NCBI GenBank assembly: GCA_030770535.1
Contig: JASVEC010000013.1
Coordinates: 868,001-932,000 of the forward strand
Origin: Batkoa obscura
Taxonomy: Eukaryota
DNA length: 64,000 nucleotides
Reading direction: 5' to 3'
Positions 29,791-42,800 of the stretch are shown here, piece by piece (positions within the stretch are counted from its first letter, which is position 1; each line of letters starts with the position of its first letter). Under the pieces are notes generated by a model. It made no database searches and was not told the DNA's origin. It worked only from the letters and a program-made list of their open reading frames with translations. The position numbers and the translations under genes were made by a program.

Positions 29791-31724
29791 GTACATTATT
29801 CTAAAATCTTTAGTAACATAATAATAATAAAATAGTATAATATTTAAAACAAATAAAGTGTACATTTATTCTAAAATCTCTAGTAGCTAGAGCTATCAAA
29901 CACCAGAAACTGTTTGGCTAGCTCAACCTAAAAAATGTTAGCATCAACCTAAAAGAATTGAGTTAGTATACTGAATAAAGAGGTTGAAATTTTACCCTTT
30001 TTATACTTTGTTCTCTCAATTTAAATTCAACTTTAGACTAATTTAGTTGATTTTAACTTTACTATTCTAAATAAGCATTCTTAAATGACTAAGATTGAAG
30101 AAAACCTGCGTTGTGCATAAATTTATCAAATAAAATTAATATTATATCCAATTTTTAATAATTGGTAAATGATATTTCAAATTGAAGTTCAATTTTTTTC
30201 AATATACAAATATTTGTTTGGATTCAAATATCAATATTAGAAATCTCCAAGCTAATCAGAAAAGTTTCTTTTATTAGTATTATAACCTAAAAACAAAAGT
30301 ATGTAAGATATTAGTTTTTAAAGTTCATTTCAATAAGTTATAACACATTTTAAAAAATAATTATATTAAATTATATTAGTTGTAAAACATTGATTAATTC
30401 AAGATAAAAAATTAACAATTTGATATTAAGCTAATAAGAAAATTGGTTGTGATAGTTCTTATTCAAAAAAAAATCAACAATAAGAAATCAAACTATTTAT
30501 CCTAACTGGAAACGCTATATATTTCAATTGTATAATTTTTAACATATAATCAGTGATTGGATTACCACAGTAGAATGTTTTAAGTTTATTGAAGTTTATA
30601 CATAAATTTATTAATTTATTATTAATTATTTAATAGTTTGATCTATCTTAGTTCTTTACTATATAATATGTATAATGTTAGTAAAGTGGTGGCCTAAGGA
30701 ATTAACCAAATCATCCTTTCTTTAAAAAACGTTTATTATAATAATAATAACCAAATGAACTATTGGTCTCATAACTTAATATAGTGCTTGACAACGTTGA
30801 ATATTAACCTATTAACTACTAAAAGTGATAACTGTTATTATTACAAAAAATTGATTGTATTTGTTTTAAAATTACTATTTTGACTATGAAATAAATTCGC
30901 TGAAGGTTCTGTAAATATAATGTATGTTAAATGTACTTGGTATAAATACTAAAGTTAAGCAATAAATAATCTACAATCAACTCTAAAGGTTAAAATATTA
31001 ATTTATCATCATCTAATTTTTATTTTTGAAAAAACAAAAAATAAAAATCACATGTTCAATTGAGTTTTTAATATCTAAATCAAACATAAATCTTGTATTT
31101 TCTTTTGAAAATAAGTAACTATAAATCATGTACCTTATATTTAATTGACTTTTTCCAGTGACTTCTCTGTTGCTTATTTATTCTTTCTGTTTGGATACAT
31201 GAAAGTCAAAGTCATTTAATCTTGTTTTATTAATAAACGTTTAAAATTTATAAATAAAATTTATTTTTAAATTGTATTTTAAATTACATCCAGGTTCAAC
31301 CTCACTACCTCATTCAACATGACAACTTTGAGAATTTAAATTAAAGGTGATGGATTGATTATTACAAGGTCATTTTGAATAAATCGTAGTGATGACTATT
31401 TCAGATGTAATTTCTTTATCAATATCGTATATACTGACTTATTATAATTTTAATGTCTTTATGTTATTTTTTCTATTTGAAAGACAAAAATAGAATTCTA
31501 ATATAAAATTTTTATGTTAGATAATTAAAATTTAATTACTATATAATAAGGCTGAATTGGGTTATTATAAGTAAGGGTAGTCATAAATTTAAATAAGTTA
31601 TTTGTTTTATATCTAACTTTTCTTGTAACCATACTTTTAGTATAGTTTCAAATAAAGGCCCAATTTAACCTTTAACGCTGTTACATCTCAAGGTATATTT
31701 GTTGATAAAGAAACAAAATCAATA

Positions 31725-31833
31725 TATAGGGATGTATTTTTTTGTTTAAGAATTTTGTTAACAATCTTTCCACTCAAATAGCGCTTAAAAAATGGAAAAA
31801 ATAACGAAGCAAAAAAAAAAAACACCCTCAAAT
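31725..31833 (+). mobile_element. MITE-like element copy 1 (forward)
   Basis: TATAGGGATGTATTTTTTTGTTTAAGAATTTT...TTTCCACTCAAATAGCGCTTAAAAAATGGAAAAA...CACCCTCA; ~20-bp imperfect TIRs. Confidence 0.9.
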
Positions 31834-32038
31834 AGCTTTCTATATTCCTAGATAAGAAACATACTATGTTATTAATATATACATCCTTTTTTTTTAAAAA
31901 ATTCTGTTGATATAATTTTACTTTACTATTCATACTCTTCACTATAGTAGTTCATTAATATCCTTGCGCAGTTATTGTTTTGAGAATATAAATTCTTATG
32001 TAGTAATTAAAATGGTACAATGATAATTTATAAAGATA

Positions 32039-32143
32039 TATGGGGGTGTTTTTTTTGGCTTCATTATTTTTTCCACTTTTTAAGTGCCATTTGAGTAGAA
32101 TAATTGTTAGTAAAATTCTTAAATAGAAAAATATATCCCCATA
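32039..32143 (-). mobile_element. MITE-like element copy 2 (reverse)
   Basis: TATGGGGGTGTTTTTTTTGGCTTC...AAATATATCCCCATA. Confidence 0.9.
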
Positions 32144-32398
32144 ACTTTATAGTTTAAAATAACTCATTTTATTTCTATTGATTATAAAACTTGATATAAA
32201 TATTTATGGGATGCGCTTCTTTTAATGCATCTACTTTTTATTATACTTGATATTGGGATATAGTATAATTTCACTCCGATACCAATAAGACAATTACTAT
32301 CATTAACTAAATTATTAAAACAAAAAATGTCATAAATTTCAAAATGTATACAGATTCCAAACTAAAAAATCCTAAAATTTAAAATGCCAATAGATTTA

Positions 32399-32875
32399 TT
32401 AACCCATCACATCAAATTCATGATTTGCATTACAACTATTATTTTTAAATTCAATTGCAGCATCATTGTATCTCTTGAACAAAGATTTTATATACCTTTT
32501 GAGACTTCTTCTCTTATTTTCTATGGCACAATCAGTTGTAAATGTATGTGAGCTCCATTCTTCTCCGTTAGGACCATACATTTGAACTTCCATTTGACCT
32601 TGACCACAACTCTTCATTTCAATTTGATAGCCACCTTGGGAGGAAGTATCTCTTGGACCAGAACATTCGTAATGAACATTACCTATCTGTCGTGTGATAT
32701 AGCATTTAGAGCCAGCTGTACCTCCTGCTGGACTTCTAATACTGCATGAACAAACAGCATCCATATATTGAACCCTAGTTTCAAAAGAGCACATAGCTTT
32801 CCACCTGTCTGATACTACAGAATTAGTAAAAATAGCTAAACTTAAAAAGCTTAATGCAAAAAAAGACGATTTCAT
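32399..32875 (-). CDS. Small secreted Cys-rich protein (158 aa from ATG 32875) with an internal dibasic cluster
   Basis: Signal peptide MKSSFFALSFLSLAIFTNSVVS, 8 Cys, NKRRSLKRYIKSLFKR. Confidence 0.85.
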   Translation of the reverse strand: MKSSFFALSFLSLAIFTNSVVSDRWKAMCSFETRVQYMDAVCSCSIRSPAGGTAGSKCYITRQIGNVHYECSGPRDTSSQGGYQIEMKSCGQGQMEVQMYGPNGEEWSSHTFTTDCAIENKRRSLKRYIKSLFKRYNDAAIEFKNNSCNANHEFDVMG

Positions 32876-33111
32876 TTTATATTTGAATTGACTAGTAGTG
32901 AGAATAGAGTAAAGTATATATATAACAATCAACTATAGTAATAGTAGGGATTAATACTATGTATTTATAATTATTTATTTGATACTTTATTTAATAAGAA
33001 AAAGGTGGGTATTTATAGTGAAATTATTCGTAGCGTTAATCCATATTATGGTAAAGGTTAATCTGTGTGGTTTAAGTCATGTTACTAGATAAACCATATG
33101 ACCTGTTACAA

Positions 33112-33214
33112 TTTGGGATGTTTTTTTTGGTTTCATCACTTTTTCCATTTTTTAAGCGCTATTTAAGTGGAGAAATTACTAGTGAAATTTTAAACAAAAA
33201 AATATACCTCCATT
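33112..33214 (-). mobile_element. MITE-like element copy 3 (reverse, degenerate ends)
   Basis: GGGATGTTTTTTTTGGTTTCATCACTTTTTCCATTTTTTAAGCGCT...AAATATACCTCCAT. Confidence 0.88.
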
Positions 33215-33583
33215 TATTGATTTATAGCAAAAATAAGGATATGTTCTTATATTTAGTCCCAGCAAGGCGGAGAAATATTATACTATTCTATATTATGTAA
33301 ACTTAATTAAAGAACATTAGATATTCACTATATGGTGTAGTTGTTTTAATATAGCCTTAATAATGGAGTAATTATTATAAACAATCAAATTTGAAAATAT
33401 CATTGACTAAATAATAATAGTGGTGTAAAAGTTGGCAAAAATAACTTCAAGAAAAATAAAATCATTTAATAAAACAAGTCTATGCTTTATTTCAAATAAG
33501 TATAAATTAACTATTTAACATTAGTTGTACGATTATTCACTTATTGTACTTTCGTCTTTTATAAAAATTTATCATTGTATTAA

Positions 33584-33687
33584 TATGGGGATATATTTTT
33601 CTGCTTAATACTTTTATTGATAGTCTTTCCGCTTAAACAGCGCTTAAAAACTGGAAAAAGTGATGAAACTAAAAAAACATCCTCATA
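33584..33687 (+). mobile_element. MITE-like element copy 4 (forward)
   Basis: TATGGGGATATATTTTT...CAGCGCTTAAAAACTGGAAAAAGTGATGAAAC...CATCCTCATA. Confidence 0.88.
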
Positions 33688-34153
33688 TAATCAAGTTTAT
33701 ATTAAATCGATTAAACCCATTTCCTGTTTTTTTTAAATTTGAAAATGTTTCATAAATTTGAATGTCTGAAACAAGCAACTTTATCCCAAAAAATATATTT
33801 ATTAATTGCTTTTGGCAAGCTTGTAGCTGTAGGTTGGCAATAGCGGAGTAATTGTGGAATCAAAGTTAAGGCTAGCATTTGGTTTTATTAGTTTATCTTT
33901 CAAATACATATTTTAAAGATTTTCTTGGAATTAATTTAAAAAACATCTTTTAATTTTTTTTTGTAATGAAATAAATATGAGGATATCTAAATAGTTTCAT
34001 TTTTTTATTTAATTTTTAAATTATAATTTAAAATATTAAATAAATAACTAAAATAAACTTTGTTTATTATTTTGTCATTCTTTAAATATAAAATACTAAA
34101 GTTTAGTATTAATATAACTTGTTTATTATAATATTTTAAACTTATTAAATCTG

Positions 34154-34226
34154 ATTTTATTTTTATTTTTATTTTTATTTTTATTTTTATTTTTATTTTT
34201 ATTTTTATTTTTATTTTTATTTTTTA
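34154..34226. repeat. (ATTTTT)n microsatellite
   Basis: About a dozen tandem hexamers in an extremely AT-rich tract. Confidence 0.9.
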
Positions 34227-34644
34227 TTTAAAGTTTAAAATTATTAATTTTTATTATTTAATTTTTTAATAGTTTTATTAAATATGTTTTTTTAAGTACT
34301 GATATAAACTTTATATAATTCATATAGCTTTTTTTTTTTTATTAAAAGATTTTTTTATTTTTATTTTATTTTTAGTTATATTGATTTTTACTTATATTAA
34401 ATATGAAACTTTTATATTTGTTAAAAATATATATTAAAGTTATAATTAGTAATAATGCTATTTATTGGCTTTTATTTCCTATTTCCTTTAAAGCACTAAT
34501 TTTATATATTATTTGATTAAGTTTATCATTATTAATAATAAATTTTAATAATATATCTTTTTTTATTTATTATAGAATACTATAAACTATGGATTATCAT
34601 AAATAGTTATTAAAATTAATGTAAATAAATTACAATGTTTATAC

Positions 34645-35103
34645 TGTGAAATATTGGTTTATCAGCTCTCGGATTAATCACAACATAATAATCATTTAAC
34701 TTGTTTACAAAACTAACTGTAGTCTTGTAATCAATTTGGCCGTGATCCATGTGGTATTATCAATTCAGAGTTCCTTGTTTTGGTTTGTTGCGAGAATTTC
34801 TAACTTCACATTGCAAAGAATATAAAAGAGATTCTTCAACATGATAACTCGAAGCTTTTTAATTGAATTACTCCCTGATATCGTACTATTAATAAAGCCA
34901 CTAAGTCTTTTTGACAATATCTTACGTAGATTTTACAGTAGTATCTTCTATTCTATTTGTTTTACATAGTTCGTAACTTATTATGTATTATTCTTATTCA
35001 TCTAAGTATATCTTAGTTATATAAATTAAGACCGTTCGACTCAAGGCCAATTAATCAAGCAAAAATTGCTCTTAACTCCAACCACTGAGTACCAACTTTC
35101 ACA
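34645..35103 (+). mobile_element. Solo LTR related to the Gypsy LTR at 60983-61382
   Basis: Starts TGTGAAATAT, ends CTTTCACA; colinear with the reverse complement of 60983-61382 (shared TAATAAAGCCACTAAGT, TAGATTTTACA, TCTATTCTATTTGT, CTGAGTACCA); flanks ATAC/GTAC. Confidence 0.88.
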
Positions 35104-36329
35104 GTACTAACATAATCTTAAAGTAAAAAAATACACTTTAGGATTAAAAATAATATTTTTATTAGATTACAATTAAATCTTCTGAAAGCAGTTTATTTGA
35201 TCTTTTAACCATTCACTTATAGTTGCTGCATCAAAAATCATAGTCAATGCTTGCTACAACTTTGACTTAGTCTATGCTTCTATCTTACTATATCCTTGAA
35301 TAAAGGTATATTTCAATGTTTAGTGTTGCTAAAATTTAATACAAGATAGTTTTTGGCAATAAAATTAGCTATAGTATTAAAGATAACACTATATCTAGAA
35401 AAACATTTTTTATTACTTTATTTACATTATTATTAGTTATTTATTTTATGCATTTAATAATGTTCTGTTACTAATACTATAGTAAATACAGATATTGAAA
35501 TTGCTAATATAGTTTCATAAGCTAGTAAAAACCACCGGTATGTGCTGATTTGATCAAACTTAGTCTCCACATGGGGTTTAGTCTTTAGATCACTATAAGG
35601 CATTATCTCTTCCAAAGGGTAAAATATTCAGCTCACAAACGCTGGAGTGTTTTGAAAATTTGATATTCCAAAAAGTGCTTAATAGTTCTTTCTGAATAAA
35701 ATGACGAGTTTAAAACACTTTTCGTTGCTATAAATACAAGTGAAAAACGAATTAGCTGGGGTAATGGTATGAACTTATAATTATTATATATTTATTAAAA
35801 ATAAAAAATTAACTAAAAATTAGAATTATCATGATATTAGCCCTAATCCTAATATTAACGCTAGTCATAATTCTAAACTATTTATATCTATGTTATACAT
35901 ATCATTGATGGCCTTCTTAGTAAAAGTAAAGTAGTTTTAATTACACAAGATCGATTTTTTTGATATACATTAGGCAGTCTAATTTATAAAATATCAAAAT
36001 AGCCGAGTGATGCTTACGGTTGCTCTAGCTCTTTTGCAAAATAATTAACTGCTCATTTAAAGTAAAACCTACGCTAAAATTCAGATGAACAGGAGGATTT
36101 AGCATTAAAGAACATTAGGCAAATAAATTAGATGCAAAAATTACCACTACCTACTTCAAAAAAGAGCTGGAATAGCTATAGCAAAAACCAAACAATATTA
36201 CAATTGGTTTTAGTTAAATCCCAATATAAAAACAGTAATTGGCTATTATGAAATTAATTACCAATCAATGAGCAACTCAAAAATACCTTAAGCAATTGAA
36301 AATAAACTCAATACTATCTTCTAAACAAA

Positions 36330-37116
36330 ATGAGTGAAACAAAGTAAAAAAATAATAATATCAAAGTAAAACTAACCCCATGTATTATATAGGGATAGAA
36401 ATTTAGAAGATAAGGTAAATAATCAACAAGACAATATTAACAAAATTCACGACGAAGATAATGCCCAAAATGGTGATTTACAAGTGGATAGACCAAATGA
36501 TAGCGAAGCTTTAAAAGAAACAACACCAGACAATGTAAAATATGATTGTGTTTAATCGAATAATTAACTAAAGCTTTTTAGGCCAAAAGCAAAACAGATA
36601 GCAAAGATAGGCAACGTGGAAAAAGAATGTTCGGTGTCTTAATGGGAACATTAACCAAGTTTCAATCTGAAGCTAGAAATAAATCTAATGGAGTAAAACA
36701 AGTATCACTACTATTGTTATCATTGTTTAATATAATTCATTAGGAGCTAAAGCGTGAAGAAATAGAACAAAAGGTGAATGAAAAATTACAAAAAGAAAAA
36801 GAAGAGTTATCAAGGCAAAAGGAAGAAGAGAGACAAATAAAGATTCAAAGACAAGAAGAAATATTGCGTATAAAATTAAAAAAGGAAACTGAAATATTGG
36901 TAATTAATAGTTTTTATATTATGTAAAAATTTAACTTTAAATCAGGAAACGATTAGAGAGGGTTATAATAATACTAAGCACCTTTTCTTATCAACAAATA
37001 CTGAGCCAAAGATATATTTTATGCCAAATAAACATACCTCAGTAACAGAGAATCTTTTAAATCAATTAAAGGGTATCAACCCAGTTGCAGAAGAACCTCA
37101 AGAGAGCATCGAATAA
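36330..37116 (+). CDS. Pinin/SDK/memA-domain protein, 5 exons (absent from the ORF track)
   Basis: RQRGKRMFGVLMGTLTKFQSE, a charged coiled coil, and FLSTNTEPKIYFMP. Confidence 0.85.
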
Positions 37117-37745
37117 AATAAAAAGAATGGGGAACTAAATTCAAATATTAAACTAAATCAGATTTTTACAAGTTAATAAAGTTGTTTTTTTATTGCTTTT
37201 TGACTCGAGATACTGTATATTTAGGCTCGTTATTTTATTTAACATAGTTTTGTAACAAATTAGTTTCTTTAATTTAGCAATTTATAATGACTAATTTGAA
37301 AGTTTCATGAAGGATAAATCCTACAATAATCTCTTTTTACTTGGGTATTGTATTTTATCCACTTTGACGCAATATAAAGGTAAATAAATTATTAGATAAA
37401 TTATTTAATAAAAAAAGCACTTTTATATGGGTTTTTAAGCTTTTAATATATCTTGGTGTATACAAATCAATATGCTTTAAGAATTTCAAATCAATTGCTT
37501 TTTAATAACTAAATGAAAATGGTTTCAATCTCAATAAGATAAAATAAAGTTTTATACTAAACGACTGATTATATAGATAAATTTCAAGTCAATTTAAATA
37601 TCTCATGTCATAAAACAATATAATAGATATAAAATAAACTATCAATAAAAATAATGATATCTATATTTTGCTGGATATATAGTCCGTAAAGTCACATGTT
37701 TATAACGTATGTTTAACAATGTTGAGAAGGCATAAAGTAATTTTT

Positions 37746-38957
37746 TTACAATGGATTTTTGAATAAGAAAGAGATAGACTCTCCATTATGAGTTCGGCGG
37801 ATAGCTTCTGCTAAAGTACCTGAAACATCAATAATTTCTAATTTTGATACCCCTTTACGACGCTCAACTGGGATAGGGTAAGTATTTGTAACAACAACCT
37901 AACACGTTTTAATATTTTAGTGACTAAAATGAATTTCATTTTACCTTATGTATAGTTGAGCATTCCTCTAATTTGGTCAAAGAATTACCAGATAAAACCC
38001 CATGGGTTGCTATTATGAATACTTTAGCAGCACCGTGCTTATTAATTAATTGATCACTTGCTTGGATGAAATTGTTACATTTATCTATTATATCATCCTG
38101 AAAAATTGGATTAAGAAATGATAAAAAACTAATTAATATTAAATCTTACACACAAAAATACAATTTTTCCTGCAACATCACCTACTACAGCCAAAGACTC
38201 ACATGGGCTTTTAGGCTCAGGTAAAGGTTCAGAATGAGTATAGTACTCTCTTGAATTTTTTGCCTTATGATTAGGATCATTATGAATAAGTGCAAAATCT
38301 ATATCTAAACAATCAGCTAAAGAAGTGACCCTATTATTTTGATATTAGTTTGAACTTAAATTATAAATAGTTTGCACCTTTTAGCCCCCCCAGCATTTTT
38401 TGATACTACTACACCATCCTTATAATTAGGTACTGAATCACGAATCCATTTAGCGATAGCTGGCTCAGCATACAAGTTATCTACTGGTACATTAAAGAAA
38501 CCTTGCATTTGAGAAGCATGTAAATCCATAGTAATAACATGGTCTACTCCAGCAACAGAGATCATATCAGCCACCACTATATAAAAATTTTAAACTTAAA
38601 CTTAAATAATGACCTTTAAAAAATACATTGGGCAGCAATACAAGAGCGAGTGTTTTTTGATTTTGATTGCTTAGAGTATGGGAAATATGGCAAAACAGCG
38701 GTTACTCTAGAAGCAGAAGCTATCTTACATGCCGATACTGCAATCAACAACTCCATCAAGTTGTCATTCACTTTACCAGAGCCGGATTGAATTATAAATA
38801 CATCTTCGTTACGTACTGAAGTACCAATTTCAACCACTGACTCTTGGTTTGAAAACTTTTTGGTGGTTAATGGTGCAAGTGGATGGGCTAACTTTTGAGA
38901 TATTAACTCAGAAAGCTCAGGATGGGAACTACCTCCAAAAATTTTCACTTGACGCAT
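37746..38957 (-). CDS. PRS1: Ribose-phosphate pyrophosphokinase, Prs1-type
   Basis: [51 protein letters not shown], degenerate DDIIDK loop, [16 protein letters not shown]. Confidence 0.92.
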
Positions 38958-40231
38958 ATCTTCTAATATATCTAATAATTAAATGTTTCATGGTTGTTTA
39001 TTTGGAATTTTATAGTTGTAATAGTTATTTTTCAACCAATTGAATTTCTTTAACATGAATATCTTTGTTTTAATTTATAGTATTAAATTTTGATTTTTGA
39101 TTAATCTGTGCAATAGGTAGCTCTTTCTATTGGTTGAAAGATTAAATGAAGTGGATAAATCCAAATTTTGGTCAAAAAGTAAAAATTTCGAAAATTCCAA
39201 GCCTTAAATTGCGATATCAACTTTTTCGTAATACTAACACTTGATTATTTAACTTTTAAAATTTGACAGAGTTGATTTATACCCAAGTTTCAAGTATTCT
39301 TAATATATGGTATATTGAGGTTTTCTCAAATTAAAGATGGATATTATAACGACCACTTTTTTCGCTTATTTTGAATTTAACCACCTAAGTTTATGCATAA
39401 AGACTAATTTAAACATAAGGTAGGTGTGTTCGGATGTTTTTTGTTCGAAACTCAACTAATATTTTTCCAATTTTTAAACTTACAAAAAGAACAAAATATC
39501 AAAACAAAGAATACGTTTTGATTTGTTAGACCTACTGGTATATTGGTAATCCAAATATTTGCTATAAATATAATAACAACTTACGCTTTAGACAGGTGAG
39601 TATTCATTTGATTTTTGAGTTTGAATTTTATTGTATCAAAATCAAAGCAAGTAAAAAGATGATAAAGTTGCATCTAAATTCTATTAAACATTATGATCTA
39701 AAAAACACTATATAGTTTTAATTAATTAATTAATTATATATTATTGATTCTTACTAAGGTTTATTAAATTTTATGTCCTTTAATATCCTAGTAAAAATAG
39801 TTAAATAATATCAAGACCATTTATGATAGGTTCGTATATGTTTTAACCTCATTTAAATATTTTTGGATAATGTTCAAATTGGACAAGAATAGTAAAGCTT
39901 CTGAGATGAGCCTGGCCACTCCCATCATTTTATTGTGCTGCAAGCCTATATCACAATTTATAGAGAGTTATCACTAACTACCCATAGTACACCATTAAGC
40001 ATTTTAATACTACATTTTTTAAGTAAATCTAATACCACCCAGCTGATATTTTTTGATTATTTGAAATAAGATAGCTCAAATACTTTAAGTAATGTTTTTC
40101 ATCCTCAGGCTTATACAAATTATACGCTCTTACTGTTCATTTATTTCGTTAGTCTTTTAAATATTGAAAAGCTTTTTGTTAATATAAAATGACAGTATTA
40201 ATAATAAAACTAAACTAATGATAAAGAAAAA

Positions 40232-40337
40232 TATGTGGGTGTTTTTTTTTGGCTTCATTATTTTTTCCATTTTTTAAGCGCTATTTCAGCGGAAAGGTTG
40301 TTGGTAAAATTCTTAAACAAAAAAATACATCCCCATA
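40232..40337 (-). mobile_element. MITE-like element copy 5 (reverse, unpaired)
   Basis: TATGTGGGTGTTTTTTTTTGGCTTC...AAATACATCCCCATA. Confidence 0.9.
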
Positions 40338-41217
40338 TGTTCTTTAATATTTAATGTGATTTTTTACAAAGTATCATTTAAATAGCTTATTTCATAATGG
40401 CAAATCATTTTTCATAGTAAGTAACTACCGATTTTATTTACTTATTTTAGATATTCAAATTTATAATTTTAATTGTAAAGAATTTATCATTATAAGAAAA
40501 AATTACTAACTGGTATTTATACTGATTAATAGAATAAATGACGATGAAAGTAAGAGACAAAAACATTTAATGGTTAAATAAAGAACATCTCAATGTATAC
40601 AATACATCAAAGAATCTATTTCTAAATTATTCAAGCATATTATTTAAAGGTAAATACAATTGAACTTTTGAATAGATGACAATTACACAAAGGTAATAAT
40701 ACCTTTACTTTAAATTATTTACATTATTTCTGAAAATAAAACTTCATAAAAATTAATATAAGCTGTAATATGGATTGTCCATACACACTATTGTAAAATA
40801 CTATCTCGGAAAAAGTGCGACCCAGTCCCCATCTCCTTGTTTAATTCCGAATGGAAACACTTACTAATTAATGAATTCTTTTTAATCACCTTTAAATTGA
40901 ACAAATCTAAATTGGGTAAAAGAGCACTCAAATCAGAGCTGTTTGCAGCAAAAACTTCACTTAATCTTAAAGTACTTACCTTTCTTTAAGGTTTTCTGAT
41001 GCTTATTTCTCAATAGCTGTTTTTTCTTCTCAATAAACACTGTCCTAGGCACGTACTTCTGAAAAAAAATTAATAAAAATATACAAATTATTTAACATCT
41101 ATTAGTCATTAAAATAATCAAAATATGACATTAAGAATTTGACGTTTAAATCATTTATTCAGGTGTTATAAAAATTATACATAAAAAACAAATGATGTAA
41201 GGGTTTATAGAACGCAT

Positions 41218-42800
41218 TCAGATCTTCGTGAATTTAACCTTTAGGTCTTTAGGGCTAAACAAACCTATTGGGGGTAAAATAGGATAGTCATGATGTGGTG
41301 AATTTTCAGGTAAAGATAGATTAAACTTTGACAATAAAGCAATCAAAAACACTTTTTGCTCTAACAAAGAAAACTGATTGCCTATACACATTCTAGTACC
41401 ATAACCAAAAGCAAGTAACAAATTGGTCATTTTTTTATCAATTTTAGTTTGATTATCTTCAACTATTAAAAAACGTTCAGGTTCAAATTCTTCTGGATTT
41501 TTAAATAAAGCTGGATCCTTCATTGCAAGTCCTACATGTAACATGATGGATTGATTGGGGGCTATTCTTAGATTATTTTCTAAGGTAACTGGTCGGTTTG
41601 ATTTACGAGTAAGTGTGTTTGCTACTGGTATGGATCTTAAAGTTTCATAAATCACAGCATCTAAATAAACAATTTCATTTAAAATAGTATGATTGGAACT
41701 TAACTCTCTTAATGGATTTTTTGGTCCTAGTACATCTTTTATTTTCTGTCTCAATTTTTGTTGGATTTCCTAGTTATTAATTATTAATTAGTGTTGAAAT
41801 TATTTTCATGTAATTAATATTACTGGATACTTAGCTAAATAGTAAGTGACTGAATTTAGTGCGTGAGCAGTTGAGTCATGCCCAGCAATAAAAAATACGA
41901 TGGCATTATTCTAAAATGTAAAAAATGAGAAAAGAGCTATATTAAAATAAAATCAGTAATTACTATAATCAACTCATCAGTAAGTCCTTCAGATTCATTG
42001 TCAGAAGATTGTATCATTAATGATAACAGGTTAGAACCTTTTTCATTATTACCAGATACGCTCAATTTTTTTCTTTCATCATCAATCAATCCTTTTATAT
42101 AGCTACGAAACTTAGCAGTATCATCATATAATTTCATTCTTGATGGAAAGGGAAAGTAATTTAAAAAAGGTAGCATAAAAAACAAAGGGTTTAAGATTTC
42201 ATTGATGAGGTTGTTATATAAGTAAGCCATCTCATTATCTTGACTACTGATAGTATCAAAATTAATATTAAACACAGCTAATCCTAAACTATCTAAGGTA
42301 CCATCTTTAAAAATTTGCATAACCTCAATTTCTTGATCACTAGCATTCTGGATTCTATCACAAATTTTATTTGCCACGGTTATAAAAATGCCTAGATCCC
42401 ATCCTCTTTTAAATGCTGGATTAACTACTTTTTTATGTACTTTCCACTTCTTTTTATCCACTTCAGCAATGTTTTCCTCTACTAATCCAAAATCAAACAT
42501 CATTTCATTCTGTTTAATTTTAACAAAAGTCGTATCATCAAGGAGTATTTTTTTGATGATATCCATGTCTTTTACTAATATAAACCATCGACCTAAGAAC
42601 ACACTTATGAATTGATTTTTGGAAAGTAAAGGATTCATTAAAAGTTTATCTATTAACTGTCCAGAGGTCCCACGTAATATATGATAAAATATCATCAATA
42701 TATTTACACTAGGTAATTGGGCTACATTTTTATCAGGTCGGAATTTGAAATAAATGTAGGAAAACAAAGGTATAAAGAATAATAAAATATATAAAATCAT
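41218..42800 (-). CDS. Cytochrome P450, 3 exons
   Basis: N-terminal membrane anchor, I-helix FFIAGHDST, ExxR (YETLR), PERF, heme motif FGYGTRMCIG. Confidence 0.95.
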
